IMG/VR virus record: IMGVR_UViG_3300032675_000009 | Location: 1 to 64,000 of that record | Source of the DNA: a virus | Reading direction: 5' to 3' (one strand) | Length of the DNA stretch: 64,000 nt | Shown: piece by piece, positions 17,561 to 26,160 of the stretch | Layout of the letters: each line of letters opens with the position of its first letter | Position numbering within the stretch: the first letter of the stretch is position 1 | The notes under the pieces: generated by a model | The model's database searches: none | What the model saw: the letters and a program-made list of their open reading frames with translations, nothing else | What the model was told of the DNA's origin: nothing | Translations under genes and position numbers: made by a program

Positions 17561-19750
17561 GTGATCATTAAATCAGAGGGACGCAAGACCGGTCGTGATC
17601 CGGCCATCGCGGAAATCATTAAGCACTTCGACCAGCCGGAAAAGGTCGGCAACCTGGGAGCGCTCTCGCGCAAGGAGATTGAAGTCATTGCGGGCGAGAC
17701 CCGCAAGTGCCGCAAGGATTTCAACTACGCCGCTCGCAACTACTTCTGGATCATCGATAAAAAACGAAACGACAAGCTGTTCACCCTATGGGAATCCCAG
17801 GAGTTGATTCTTGATGAAATCCGTAAACTTCGAGATCAAGGAAGGTCTCAGAAGTTGATGATTTTAAAGGCGCGTCAATTAGGGTGTTCAACTTTGATAG
17901 AAGCATTGGTAGCTTGGCGCACGATGTTCTTCTCGAACACGAATGCGATAGTAGTCAGTAATCGGCCGGACCATGCGTCGTACCTGTTCGCCATTATGCT
18001 CCACATCTACGACCAGATGCCGTGGTGGCTGAAGCCGGATATTGCATCGCGAAAACAGGAAGACGGCTTACTGTTTGATAATCCAGACCCCGACCAGCGC
18101 CGCACTTCTCCGGGGATGAAGAGTATGATTTCAGTGCAGGCGGCAACCCAGATGTCCGGTATCGGACAGGGCATCACCATCAACGCGGCGCATTTATCCG
18201 AGTATTCAGATTGGGACCAAGACAAGGCTCAAGAGTGCATTGAGGGGGATCTTGGCAACGCGCTAGCCGATGGACCGCAAACCTTCGCGATCCTTGAGTC
18301 CACTGGACGCGGAGCAGGATCGTATTCCCATCGTCTGTGGAGAAAAAACGTAGAACTGAAGGAGCGCGCAGATTGGGTGCCTGTGTTTCTTCCTTGGTTT
18401 TTTGATAGGCGTCACGTAATGGCTCCGGCCAGTGGGTGGAAAATTCAACTGCCTGAGCGAGATATGTCCATTAGGATTGCCAGTGAGTGGGTTAGGTGTG
18501 ACGGATGCGGGGCGTGGCGCGAATCCATGGACAGGGGCGTTTCGTTAGTGGATTTCGCGTGCCAAGCTTGCACCGCTGGAATTCTTCGTACGTACCAACT
18601 TGCGGATGAGCAGCTGTGTTGGATGGAATGGCGCCGGATGAACGCCGAAAAAGACGTTAAATCTTTGAAAACACTACGCGAAGAACAATCAAGCACGGCC
18701 GAAGAGAGCTGGCAAATTAGTGGGTATAATGTTTTTCCAACGGAAGTTCAATCGTGGGTCAATAATTGCGTGCGTCCACCGATCGCGGAGGGTGACCTGG
18801 ATGAACAAGGAAAGTTTCACGGGGTCAAATCACGAGGAGATATTGTCACTTGTTGGTGTGACGGCTGTACTGTCGACCATACCTACGACGGGGCGCCACT
18901 GAGAATCTGGGAATGGCCAATGCCGAATTACGACTATGTGATCGGAGGGGATGTTTCCGAGGGCCTTGGCGGAGAATCGGATTACTCAGTAGGCTGCATC
19001 AACCGCGTAGGTAAAGCCCCAAACGCCGACGTGCAAGTGGCTGTCTACCGGAGTAACACGATTGATCCGATCGCTTTTGCGAAACCGCTGACCCAGATGG
19101 GTAAGATGTACAACGAGGCGATGCTCTCAATCGAGTACAACAAGTACGATTCGTGCGCGAACACGGCACGGTTCCAGTTGCAGTACCCGAACTTGTTTCA
19201 GTGGAAACACTTGGACTCCACGAATCCCCGGGCCACCAAGGTTCACTGGTACACGACCATGACCACCAAGCCGCGCTTATGGCAGACCATGGTGAAATTC
19301 CTTCGCGAACGCTTGTACGTGATCCAGGACGAGGTAACAGCGAACGAAATGAAAACTTTTCAGAAGGACGATTTCGATGATCGATCAGGATCAGCCAGCT
19401 TCGGGTTCTTTGACGATTGCCTTATAAGTGCAATGATCGCACTGTACACGGCCCACGAAACGGACTTCGATGAGAACCTGGGGTACATTCCCATTCGCAA
19501 GACGCGGGAGGAAATTCGGGGTGCTTTTCCATGGGAAATGGAATGCACGCGTTGTGGCGCGACGTGGGGATCGGCCAATCCGAACTCGGAATGGAACTGC
19601 CCAAATGAAGACTGCGGCTGCAGGATCCACACCGCTAAGAGGACCGGCGTTGAAGAGAACTTGCCGGCCAAAGTGGATTGGAACGACATGGGGAAAACGG
19701 CCGAAGAAATGGCGGCTGAGGGTTTCAAGTTAGACTACGAGATGATGTAG
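17561..19750 (+). CDS. terL: terminase large subunit
   Basis: ILKARQLGCST (Walker A), AHLSE (Walker B), ILESTG (coupling), GGDVSEG...DYS and DD..I nuclease motifs. Confidence 0.93.
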   Translation: MIIKSEGRKTGRDPAIAEIIKHFDQPEKVGNLGALSRKEIEVIAGETRKCRKDFNYAARNYFWIIDKKRNDKLFTLWESQELILDEIRKLRDQGRSQKLMILKARQLGCSTLIEALVAWRTMFFSNTNAIVVSNRPDHASYLFAIMLHIYDQMPWWLKPDIASRKQEDGLLFDNPDPDQRRTSPGMKSMISVQAATQMSGIGQGITINAAHLSEYSDWDQDKAQECIEGDLGNALADGPQTFAILESTGRGAGSYSHRLWRKNVELKERADWVPVFLPWFFDRRHVMAPASGWKIQLPERDMSIRIASEWVRCDGCGAWRESMDRGVSLVDFACQACTAGILRTYQLADEQLCWMEWRRMNAEKDVKSLKTLREEQSSTAEESWQISGYNVFPTEVQSWVNNCVRPPIAEGDLDEQGKFHGVKSRGDIVTCWCDGCTVDHTYDGAPLRIWEWPMPNYDYVIGGDVSEGLGGESDYSVGCINRVGKAPNADVQVAVYRSNTIDPIAFAKPLTQMGKMYNEAMLSIEYNKYDSCANTARFQLQYPNLFQWKHLDSTNPRATKVHWYTTMTTKPRLWQTMVKFLRERLYVIQDEVTANEMKTFQKDDFDDRSGSASFGFFDDCLISAMIALYTAHETDFDENLGYIPIRKTREEIRGAFPWEMECTRCGATWGSANPNSEWNCPNEDCGCRIHTAKRTGVEENLPAKVDWNDMGKTAEEMAAEGFKLDYEMM

Positions 19751-19769
19751 CTGTAGAATGGCTGTGTCC

Positions 19770-20065
19770 GTGAAACACCTTGCGGCTTCTCAGGCAACGC
19801 ATGAGCTAACAGCCTCTATCTACCCGCCTAAGCACATCCTCACAGCATCGGAAGTTTGCCAGTGTTAGGCAGCCGTCTTCGCGCATCGGCTTGACCTGCC
19901 TAGACTGGTCGAAGAACGTTATCGATTTGCGGCATGCATCCCAAGCGCCAATGCGCTCCTCAAGGGCTGCGTTGTAAAGTGTTCGCACGCTTCCCGAAGT
20001 TGACCGTCCAGGAACGCGACCTGCGGCTTCGTCGGGTAGATCCTGTATTTATAGGTGAGCTTCAT
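19770..20065 (-). mobile_element. tnpB: internally deleted, frameshifted IS605/IS1341 TnpB relic
   Basis: MKLTYKYRIYPTKPQ... shifts frame to LYNAALEER...DVLRRVD*; followed by GAGAAGCC...TTCAC right-end-like sequence. Confidence 0.75.
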
Positions 20066-20190
20066 GATGGCTTTTGCGGGCACTGTGGCATGTGTGAGCG
20101 TAGCTCTCGAACGCCTAATTTCTTTCGGCAATACGGACAGGGGCTCGGAATCTTCTTCCTTCCGCCTCCCGTAGCCCTCTTTCTTTCCAT
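20062..20190 (-). CDS. 42-aa basic C2HC zinc-finger protein
   Basis: MERKRATGGGRKKIPSPCPYC...HMPQCP; TGA overlaps the tnpB ATG; below ORF-track cutoff. Confidence 0.5.
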   Translation of the reverse strand: MERKRATGGGRKKIPSPCPYCRKKLGVRELRSHMPQCPQKPS

Positions 20191-20283
20191 GCCTAATTGT
20201 GACACCAATAAGGATCAAGCGCAACCTACTCAGAAAAAGAATCCTCAATGCCTTAGAATGAATTCGAGAGGGACAGGGACGCA

Positions 20284-20493
20284 ATGAACAAGTACGCAGC
20301 AAGAACCACCAATGGATTTGTTGACATCATCGCTGATAGATTCACCTATACAGACGATGGTTTATTTCTGCACTTCCTTCGCACCACGGATGCGCAGGAG
20401 GAGACGGCGGGATTGATTGCAGTGGAGTGCTTGGAGCATATGGTGGTCGTGCCACTTGCTAAGAAGCCGGAGACCGCCAATGGCAACCAGTAA
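20284..20493 (+). CDS. hypothetical protein
   Basis: In operon order. Confidence 0.5.
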   Translation: MNKYAARTTNGFVDIIADRFTYTDDGLFLHFLRTTDAQEETAGLIAVECLEHMVVVPLAKKPETANGNQ

Positions 20494-21064
20494 AAAAGAA
20501 ACACAGTTCTCGCTGAGTATCGCTTTGCGAGAAGACCGCGTTAGCAAGATCGACCGAAGCGTTCAGCAATCTCTTCAGATTGGCGAGAAGGTTGCCGGCA
20601 TCGCCACCGGCCTACTCAACGAACTGGCAGACGGCGGCCTCATGTTGACCGCAGACCAAGCGAGTCGCATTCAGTCCATCCTGGGGGAAACCACCGGTGA
20701 GGCAATCATCAAGGCGGCAGAGAAAGCGGCGGGCCGGCGCGGTGGCGGAGTAGTGGTCGAGTGGGTTGCGGATCCATCCTGGGTAGGATCTTTCGAGGAT
20801 ACTGCCAAGCAGCAGGGCATTACCCTCAGCGCATTGGTCCAGCAGATGATGGACACCGCTGTCGACAATGGTTGGTTCTACCAGATGTCCATCCAGCCCC
20901 GGCGTATCCTACTGTCGGAAGCGGCCGACCGGTACTTGCGTCAGGTAATGGGTCGCGATGTATTCACCGGTGAGGACATTGTTCAGTTGGTGAAGGAAAA
21001 GATCGCAGAGGCGGACGGCGACCTGTTTGGCTTGGCGACAACCAAAGAGGCGGTTCCGGCGTAA
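20480..21064 (+). CDS. hypothetical protein (start MATSKKE)
   Basis: GGAG SD; TAATG junction with next gene. Confidence 0.65.
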   Translation: MATSKKETQFSLSIALREDRVSKIDRSVQQSLQIGEKVAGIATGLLNELADGGLMLTADQASRIQSILGETTGEAIIKAAEKAAGRRGGGVVVEWVADPSWVGSFEDTAKQQGITLSALVQQMMDTAVDNGWFYQMSIQPRRILLSEAADRYLRQVMGRDVFTGEDIVQLVKEKIAEADGDLFGLATTKEAVPA

Positions 21065-21471
21065 TGCCGATGTACGAGGGGTATTGCCCCGCGTGCGATC
21101 CGGAGTGCCGCAATCCGGAAGAGCACTACTACCCGCTATCAACAAGCCCAGAAGCACCATGTTCCGCATGTGGCGGCGAGCGCCGGCGACTGGTTTCCCA
21201 GTTCGCCGTTGTGTTCACCGGGGTGATCTCGACATCTAAGTACGGGGATCCGAGACTGGAACGCTACAACACCAAGGTGGATGGCCACCAAGCGTGGCGC
21301 CGGCGAAGCAGCTTAAGCGGAAAACCGGAGCCCGTCTGGATTGAGACCTTCGAGGACCAAAAGCGTTTCTGCCGCGAAGAGGGTTTGACGAATCCCAAAG
21401 ACGTCGGGCCCATGGAAATCGGTGATGACGGAAAGTCTTACAGTACTCGGGGTATGCCGGGGTGCTGGTGA
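21064..21471 (+). CDS. FmdB-like zinc-ribbon protein
   Basis: MPMYE..C..C ... PC..CG...RRLVS. Confidence 0.7.
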   Translation: MPMYEGYCPACDPECRNPEEHYYPLSTSPEAPCSACGGERRRLVSQFAVVFTGVISTSKYGDPRLERYNTKVDGHQAWRRRSSLSGKPEPVWIETFEDQKRFCREEGLTNPKDVGPMEIGDDGKSYSTRGMPGCW

Positions 21472-21495
21472 GACTGCTAGAATAGCGTGGACTGA

Positions 21496-23379
21496 ATGTC
21501 CGTAACGCCGATACCACGCGCGCCGTACTACCGGGAAAAGTCCGGCTCCGAGATCGCTCCGGACTCGGATTACAAGAGTCGTCTGCTATCGTGGCGGGAA
21601 TCCGCCAAACAGCAAGCGATCGTCGAACTCCAGGCGAGTCTTGAGTGGTCGGAAATCGCTTCGTACATTGCGCACTTGAATGGCGATATGTGGCCTCGAG
21701 AGCGCGCGAAGTACCTATCCTCGTTCGTCGACAACAAGCTGGGAGATTGCCGGCAAGACACATTGGCACAGCTTACCGACATCAATCCGACGATCGACGT
21801 ATCATCGGCGGTAGGGGAATATCAGCAGCAAGCCAAGATCATCAACGACGTCATCCATGCGGAATGGTCTCGCCGGAACATGGGGATGAGCCTCATCCAA
21901 CTGGTCGACCATTCACTGTTCGGTCGTGGCTTCTGGAAGCTCGGAGCGGTATCGCCAGGGAAATTGATCACGACGGCGTGCGGCATGGATACGGTGCTTC
22001 CGATTCAGTGCAACGGGGATATCCAGGAATCGAGCGCGGTGCTGTACCGAACCCTAAAGCCGCCGTCGTATTTCAAGAATATCTGGGGGGCCCGGGCAGA
22101 TGGCATCGAGAATCAATCGAGTGCCAACATGCTGGCCACTACCGGCACGAACACATTTCAGCGGCCGGGCAACATGAGCGAGTACACTTGGAATTCGTTG
22201 TCGCCAAGTATGCGCCGGGCGATGGGATCGCGCGTATCACTAAACCCAGCGGCCAATGAAGTACAGACATTCCCGGCGGTGGAACTGCAGGAGTTCTGGG
22301 TCGATGATTTCGAGACCAACAACTCGCAGCACGACGTGTTGGTAAAAAACCCGTACATTTCAGAGGCCCTTCACAATTACCACTACGTGGTGAAACCCGG
22401 TCAGCGGCTATGGCCGCGCAAGCGTCTTATCGTATTCGCGGGCGATCGCATCATGTACGACGGCCCAAGTCCGTACTGGCACGGAAGATTCCCGTTTGCG
22501 GAGTTAAGCTTGAACCCGGTGGTGTGGGCGCCGGGTGGGGCAAGCAAGTATCGCCCCCTAGTGCCGCTCAACAAAGCGATCAACGACATTGGCGCCGGCA
22601 CCCTGGACAACATCAAGAAGGCCCTGAATCAAACCGTTATCACGCGCAAGGGCGCCATCAACGACGCGGACTGGGAAAAGTACTACCCGAACAGGCCGGG
22701 CTCGAAACTCAGGATGAATCCAAACGCCAACCCGACCGCTGACCTTCGGTTCAGTGGAGCCGTGGATTTGCCGGGATACGTGTTCCAGTTCCTGTCCCAA
22801 TACCTGCAGCCCCGGTTTGACAAGGCGGCCGGCATCCTTGACGTGTCGTCCTTGACAAAGAAGAAACAGGTTCCCGGCGGCGATGCGATCGAGGCAATAC
22901 GTGATTCACAGACTTCTCAATTTCGGCTCGAGAGCAAGTTTATTGCAAACATGCTGACCAAGGCCGGCGAGCAGGCGGTTTCCAATATCATCCAGTACTT
23001 CGACCGATCAACCCGGATGAGGATGCTGGGAGCGGATGGGCAGACCTGGAATGACTTCGATTACAAAGCCGGTAGCCTTGCCCCAGCCATGGGTGACGAG
23101 TATGCGCATTGGACCAATTTCGCGCTTCGCATATCCGAGGGCTCGCTGGACGGCAGGAGTAAGGATCGAGACAAGACGCTGGCCGCGCAGCTTTACAAGC
23201 TTGGCGCCATCTCCCTGCAGGAACTTCACCGTAAGCTCGGCATCAGCAACTCCCAGCAAATCCTGAAGGAGATGTCCGAGGAGGCCCAAATGGGGCTGCA
23301 TGGATCCGGGGGTGGCAAGTCGAGTGGCGGCCGGACCCCGCGCGCAACCAGGGGACAGCGCAACGGTAAGGATGTTTGA
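21496..23379 (+). CDS. portal protein
   Basis: 627 aa between TerL and scaffold/capsid; YDGPSPYWHG.FPF and portal-like helical pattern. Confidence 0.85.
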   Translation: MSVTPIPRAPYYREKSGSEIAPDSDYKSRLLSWRESAKQQAIVELQASLEWSEIASYIAHLNGDMWPRERAKYLSSFVDNKLGDCRQDTLAQLTDINPTIDVSSAVGEYQQQAKIINDVIHAEWSRRNMGMSLIQLVDHSLFGRGFWKLGAVSPGKLITTACGMDTVLPIQCNGDIQESSAVLYRTLKPPSYFKNIWGARADGIENQSSANMLATTGTNTFQRPGNMSEYTWNSLSPSMRRAMGSRVSLNPAANEVQTFPAVELQEFWVDDFETNNSQHDVLVKNPYISEALHNYHYVVKPGQRLWPRKRLIVFAGDRIMYDGPSPYWHGRFPFAELSLNPVVWAPGGASKYRPLVPLNKAINDIGAGTLDNIKKALNQTVITRKGAINDADWEKYYPNRPGSKLRMNPNANPTADLRFSGAVDLPGYVFQFLSQYLQPRFDKAAGILDVSSLTKKKQVPGGDAIEAIRDSQTSQFRLESKFIANMLTKAGEQAVSNIIQYFDRSTRMRMLGADGQTWNDFDYKAGSLAPAMGDEYAHWTNFALRISEGSLDGRSKDRDKTLAAQLYKLGAISLQELHRKLGISNSQQILKEMSEEAQMGLHGSGGGKSSGGRTPRATRGQRNGKDV

Positions 23380-23404
23380 CGTCGTTGACGCGACCTGCTA
23401 GGAT
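23376..23404 (+). promoter_or_regulatory. sigma70 promoter with extended -10
   Basis: TTGACG-N17-TAGGAT with TGn. Confidence 0.55.
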
Positions 23405-23414
23405 ACGGGCCGAT

Positions 23415-23663
23415 ATGCCGCACATTAACGATAGAGTATTGGTATTTTTGGCCTTTCTGACAACTCTTGTCCTCATGGGTATCCTCGTGGCCTCTAAAGG
23501 TTGTACCGGGACTGAGCCGGTAATGCTGGCCCTGGGTACGATCGCCACTACGCTGGCGGGTGTTCTCGGCGGCATTTCGCGCAGTTCACCTGGCGCGACC
23601 ACTACGACCACTACAAGTGACGACAAGCCACCAGTGACCGATACACAGACGAAGACCCAATAA
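23415..23663 (+). CDS. small two-TM membrane protein (holin-like)
   Basis: Two hydrophobic helices, polar tail. Confidence 0.55.
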   Translation: MPHINDRVLVFLAFLTTLVLMGILVASKGCTGTEPVMLALGTIATTLAGVLGGISRSSPGATTTTTTSDDKPPVTDTQTKTQ

Positions 23664-23666
23664 TGT

Positions 23667-23758
23667 TCCGGCGGACCGGGCACGCCACACTCCGGTCCTT
23701 AATGGCGATACAGTACTCCCAGCCTTAAGGGCATAACGGGATGGAAAATAACGCCGGA
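23667..23758 (+). ncRNA. candidate structured RNA with pseudoknot
   Basis: Outer tccggc/gccgga; ggaccgg/ccggtcc with loop cgcca pairing to tggcg; tccc/ggga arm. Confidence 0.35.
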
Positions 23759-23779
23759 CATGATACATTGGAATTTCGC

Positions 23780-23856
23780 AGCGCGGTAGAGCAGTCAGGT
23801 AGCTCGAATGGCTCATAACCATTAGGCCGCTGGTTCAAATCCAGCCCGCGCCACCA
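23780..23856 (+). tRNA. tRNA-Met (CAT), initiator-like
   Basis: Cloverleaf with CTCATAA loop, TTCAAAT T-loop, encoded CCA, A1xC72 mismatch, A11-U24. Confidence 0.92.
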
Positions 23857-23881
23857 ACACACCCCATAGCCGATGGCAGTA

Positions 23882-23925
23882 CCCGGCCGACGAACTACGG
23901 TAACGTAGCGTCGGCCGGTTTTTTT
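23882..23925 (+). terminator. intrinsic terminator
   Basis: ccggccgacg...cgtcggccgg followed by T7. Confidence 0.8.
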
Positions 23926-23927
23926 GT

Positions 23928-23956
23928 TTGACCCTACTTATTTGACCTGCTAGACT
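23928..23956 (+). promoter_or_regulatory. sigma70 promoter with extended -10
   Basis: TTGACC-N17-TAGACT with TGn. Confidence 0.6.
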
Positions 23957-24000
23957 TCCGGGCGATGAATCAACTCTGCCAAGGAAGGAGGGATCCAGAC

Positions 24001-24051
24001 ATGGCAAAGGGTCGCAAGAAGTCCAAAAGAATGAAGAAGGAGCGCATGTAA
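24001..24051 (+). CDS. 16-aa basic micropeptide MAKGRKKSKRMKKERM
   Basis: AAGGAAGGAGG SD, own promoter and terminator. Confidence 0.6.
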   Translation: MAKGRKKSKRMKKERM

Positions 24052-24070
24052 TGCCTTCCCACTTAACCCT

Positions 24071-24098
24071 GGCCGGCCTTCGGGTCGGCCGTTTTTTT
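24071..24098 (+). terminator. intrinsic terminator
   Basis: ggccggcc-ttcg-ggtcggcc followed by T7. Confidence 0.8.
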
Positions 24099-24122
24099 GT
24101 GACAAACATTTTCCATTGACAT

Positions 24123-24151
24123 TTGCGATTTAATTATTTCCCTGCTAGAAT
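24123..24151 (+). promoter_or_regulatory. sigma70 promoter with extended -10
   Basis: TTGCGA-N17-TAGAAT with TGn. Confidence 0.6.
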
Positions 24152-24208
24152 CACCGCGACGTTCGTGATAAGTACGCGGGCGAATATAGGGAAAGGGGAG
24201 CAACCACC

Positions 24209-24256
24209 ATGGCACGCAAAAAGGCCGGCCGCAAGGCCAAGCACGCCCGTAAGTAG
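24209..24256 (+). CDS. 15-aa basic micropeptide MARKKAGRKAKHARK
   Basis: GGAAAGGGGAG SD after a promoter. Confidence 0.6.
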   Translation: MARKKAGRKAKHARK

Positions 24257-24343
24257 TTTGCCGGGCGTAGTTGAACTAGGGCGGCCCTCTTCCCTTTAGG
24301 ACGGGCTGCCCGGCTCACTCTCAGCACAGTGGAAAAGGAAAAC

Positions 24344-24646
24344 ATGCCGAGCAAAAATTTTGACACCATCGGAACGCAACAGGGATTGGGAACCAAGCCT
24401 GTCTCTTCTCCGTCGTCCAACCCCCGGAGTGGCCAGTTCGAGCCCATCGGCACGGAGGCTAGTCTCGGGCGCAAGCCGATCGCCTCGCCTTCAGCAAACC
24501 CGAAAAGCGGAGCGTTTCAGACGATTGGCGAGCAGTCGCCACTGAATCGCGCGCCGCAGAAGGTCTGGAACAGCAATGATCGCATTCCGTTTTCGGAACG
24601 TGCGGTCGCGCAGTCACAGATCTCGGGCAAGGGAAAGCGTAAGTAA
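24344..24646 (+). CDS. small protein with 26-aa repeats
   Basis: F.xIG....LG.KP..SPS.NP.SG about three times; AAGGA SD. Confidence 0.65.
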   Translation: MPSKNFDTIGTQQGLGTKPVSSPSSNPRSGQFEPIGTEASLGRKPIASPSANPKSGAFQTIGEQSPLNRAPQKVWNSNDRIPFSERAVAQSQISGKGKRK

Positions 24647-25063
24647 ATGGCCGATCAGTACACGCCGCCGCAGCCGCCGCAAGTTCGGAGACAGCAAATC
24701 TCTCCCATGATGCTTGCTGCCGCGCAGCATGGATCCGGCGCTCAGCCCGGCACTCAGCAGGCCGGCGGAGAACTGGTCGACCAACTGGGCCAGAAAATCA
24801 GCGAGCTTGAGAAGTGGACGTCCGACGTGAATACGCTGGTGAGTTCTCTCAAGCCTGAACTGAAGGCATTGCTCGGGCCTATCGCTCAAGTAGGCAAAGC
24901 CTTTCAGAAGGAAGTCATGGAAATGAAGAAGCGCGCCGGTCAGAGTGTCCCGGGACAGGCACCCCAGGCAGGAGCGCAGCAAGGTCAGGAGCAGGGAGAT
25001 GGTGCGGGCGGCGCCGATGTCCCGAATCCTGCCGAGGGCGCGGCGGTCAACATGGCCGCCTAG
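24647..25063 (+). CDS. hypothetical Gln/Ala-rich protein (head assembly region)
   Basis: Adjacent to upstream stop. Confidence 0.65.
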   Translation: MADQYTPPQPPQVRRQQISPMMLAAAQHGSGAQPGTQQAGGELVDQLGQKISELEKWTSDVNTLVSSLKPELKALLGPIAQVGKAFQKEVMEMKKRAGQSVPGQAPQAGAQQGQEQGDGAGGADVPNPAEGAAVNMAA

Positions 25064-25115
25064 TAAGGCATGTCCGGATTCGGACATGGATTTCGAGTAA
25101 GGGACAGGGACAACC

Positions 25116-26009
25116 ATGGGCATTTTTGACGATGTACTTGCAGAGCAGGTGACGGACTCCACAGACCGCGAGGTACTGGCGGGGTATGCAAAGAAGTATC
25201 CAGGCTTGGAAAAGGCCGTCTTGGCGCAGCGAGAGTTTTCTCGCAGGATGAATGAACTCACCGCCAAGGAGATCGAGTACAAGCAGGACAGGGAACAGTT
25301 GACCGCTTGGGAGGCGTGGCGGGATCAACACTGGGACGGTGAGTCGAAAATGACGAAGGCGCAGAAGGCGGCCTACGATCGACTCAATGCAGCAGAAGCA
25401 AGGGTAGCAGAGTTGATGGCATCACAAGGGACAGGTAACGAAATGACATTTGACGAGATCCAACAGAACCTCGTGCGCGAGGGATACGTGAAGAAGGGCG
25501 ACATTGAGCAGTTCGCTAAGCAACTCAATCTCGTCGACTCTAACGGACTCACGACCGGCCTGCAAAACCAGGCAAAGGCGTTCGAGCATATCTACGTGAA
25601 GGCGACCCCGTTCATCCGGAAGTTCGAGCGGGAATTCAACGAGGACATGGATTTCGAGGCGTTCTACAAGACGATCGCAACACCAGAAGCGATCGCGGAC
25701 ATTCCGGCTGCTTACGAGAAGTTCATCGCACCGAAGCGCGCTGAGTTGCAGGTCAAGAAAGCGCAGCAGCAAGTGGAAGAACTGAACAAGCAGATCGAAG
25801 AAAAGAAGACCGTCGCGAACAGCGCCGGCCAGCCTACTGACAACGGAGCGCCCGTAATGGGCCACATGCAGAAGGCGGCGATGGAACGTGCCAAGGGCGG
25901 AGACCCGGCCGCATCGCTCGACAAGATTACGGCGCCACTCGGTTCTGGCGCCTTGGCGTCGGCCATCGCGGCCGATTACGCAAAGCAAAGCGCCGGAGGA
26001 ACGGCGTAG
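25116..26009 (+). CDS. probable capsid scaffolding protein
   Basis: Charged, helical, directly upstream of the capsid gene. Confidence 0.6.
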   Translation: MGIFDDVLAEQVTDSTDREVLAGYAKKYPGLEKAVLAQREFSRRMNELTAKEIEYKQDREQLTAWEAWRDQHWDGESKMTKAQKAAYDRLNAAEARVAELMASQGTGNEMTFDEIQQNLVREGYVKKGDIEQFAKQLNLVDSNGLTTGLQNQAKAFEHIYVKATPFIRKFEREFNEDMDFEAFYKTIATPEAIADIPAAYEKFIAPKRAELQVKKAQQQVEELNKQIEEKKTVANSAGQPTDNGAPVMGHMQKAAMERAKGGDPAASLDKITAPLGSGALASAIAADYAKQSAGGTA

Positions 26010-26160
26010 GGACGAACAATGAACTATCGCTCTATTTCATCTCGACACCACGAGCAGGGGACAGTGAGTGGTGGCCGGACTCCCGAGTATCTTGGCGGGG
26101 GAAAACCTTTACCCACAACCCCTAGTTCGCAAGAACTAGTCACTGTCAAGGAGAATTAAC

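Noticed and set aside
19806-20065. TldR-type RNA-guided repressor linked to the FliA-like sigma
   Set aside because: The TnpB is frameshifted and only about 85 codons long, too short to form an RNP.
23857-23925. Theta/HDV-like ribozyme after the tRNA
   Set aside because: No nested double pseudoknot is visible; a simple terminator explains the sequence.
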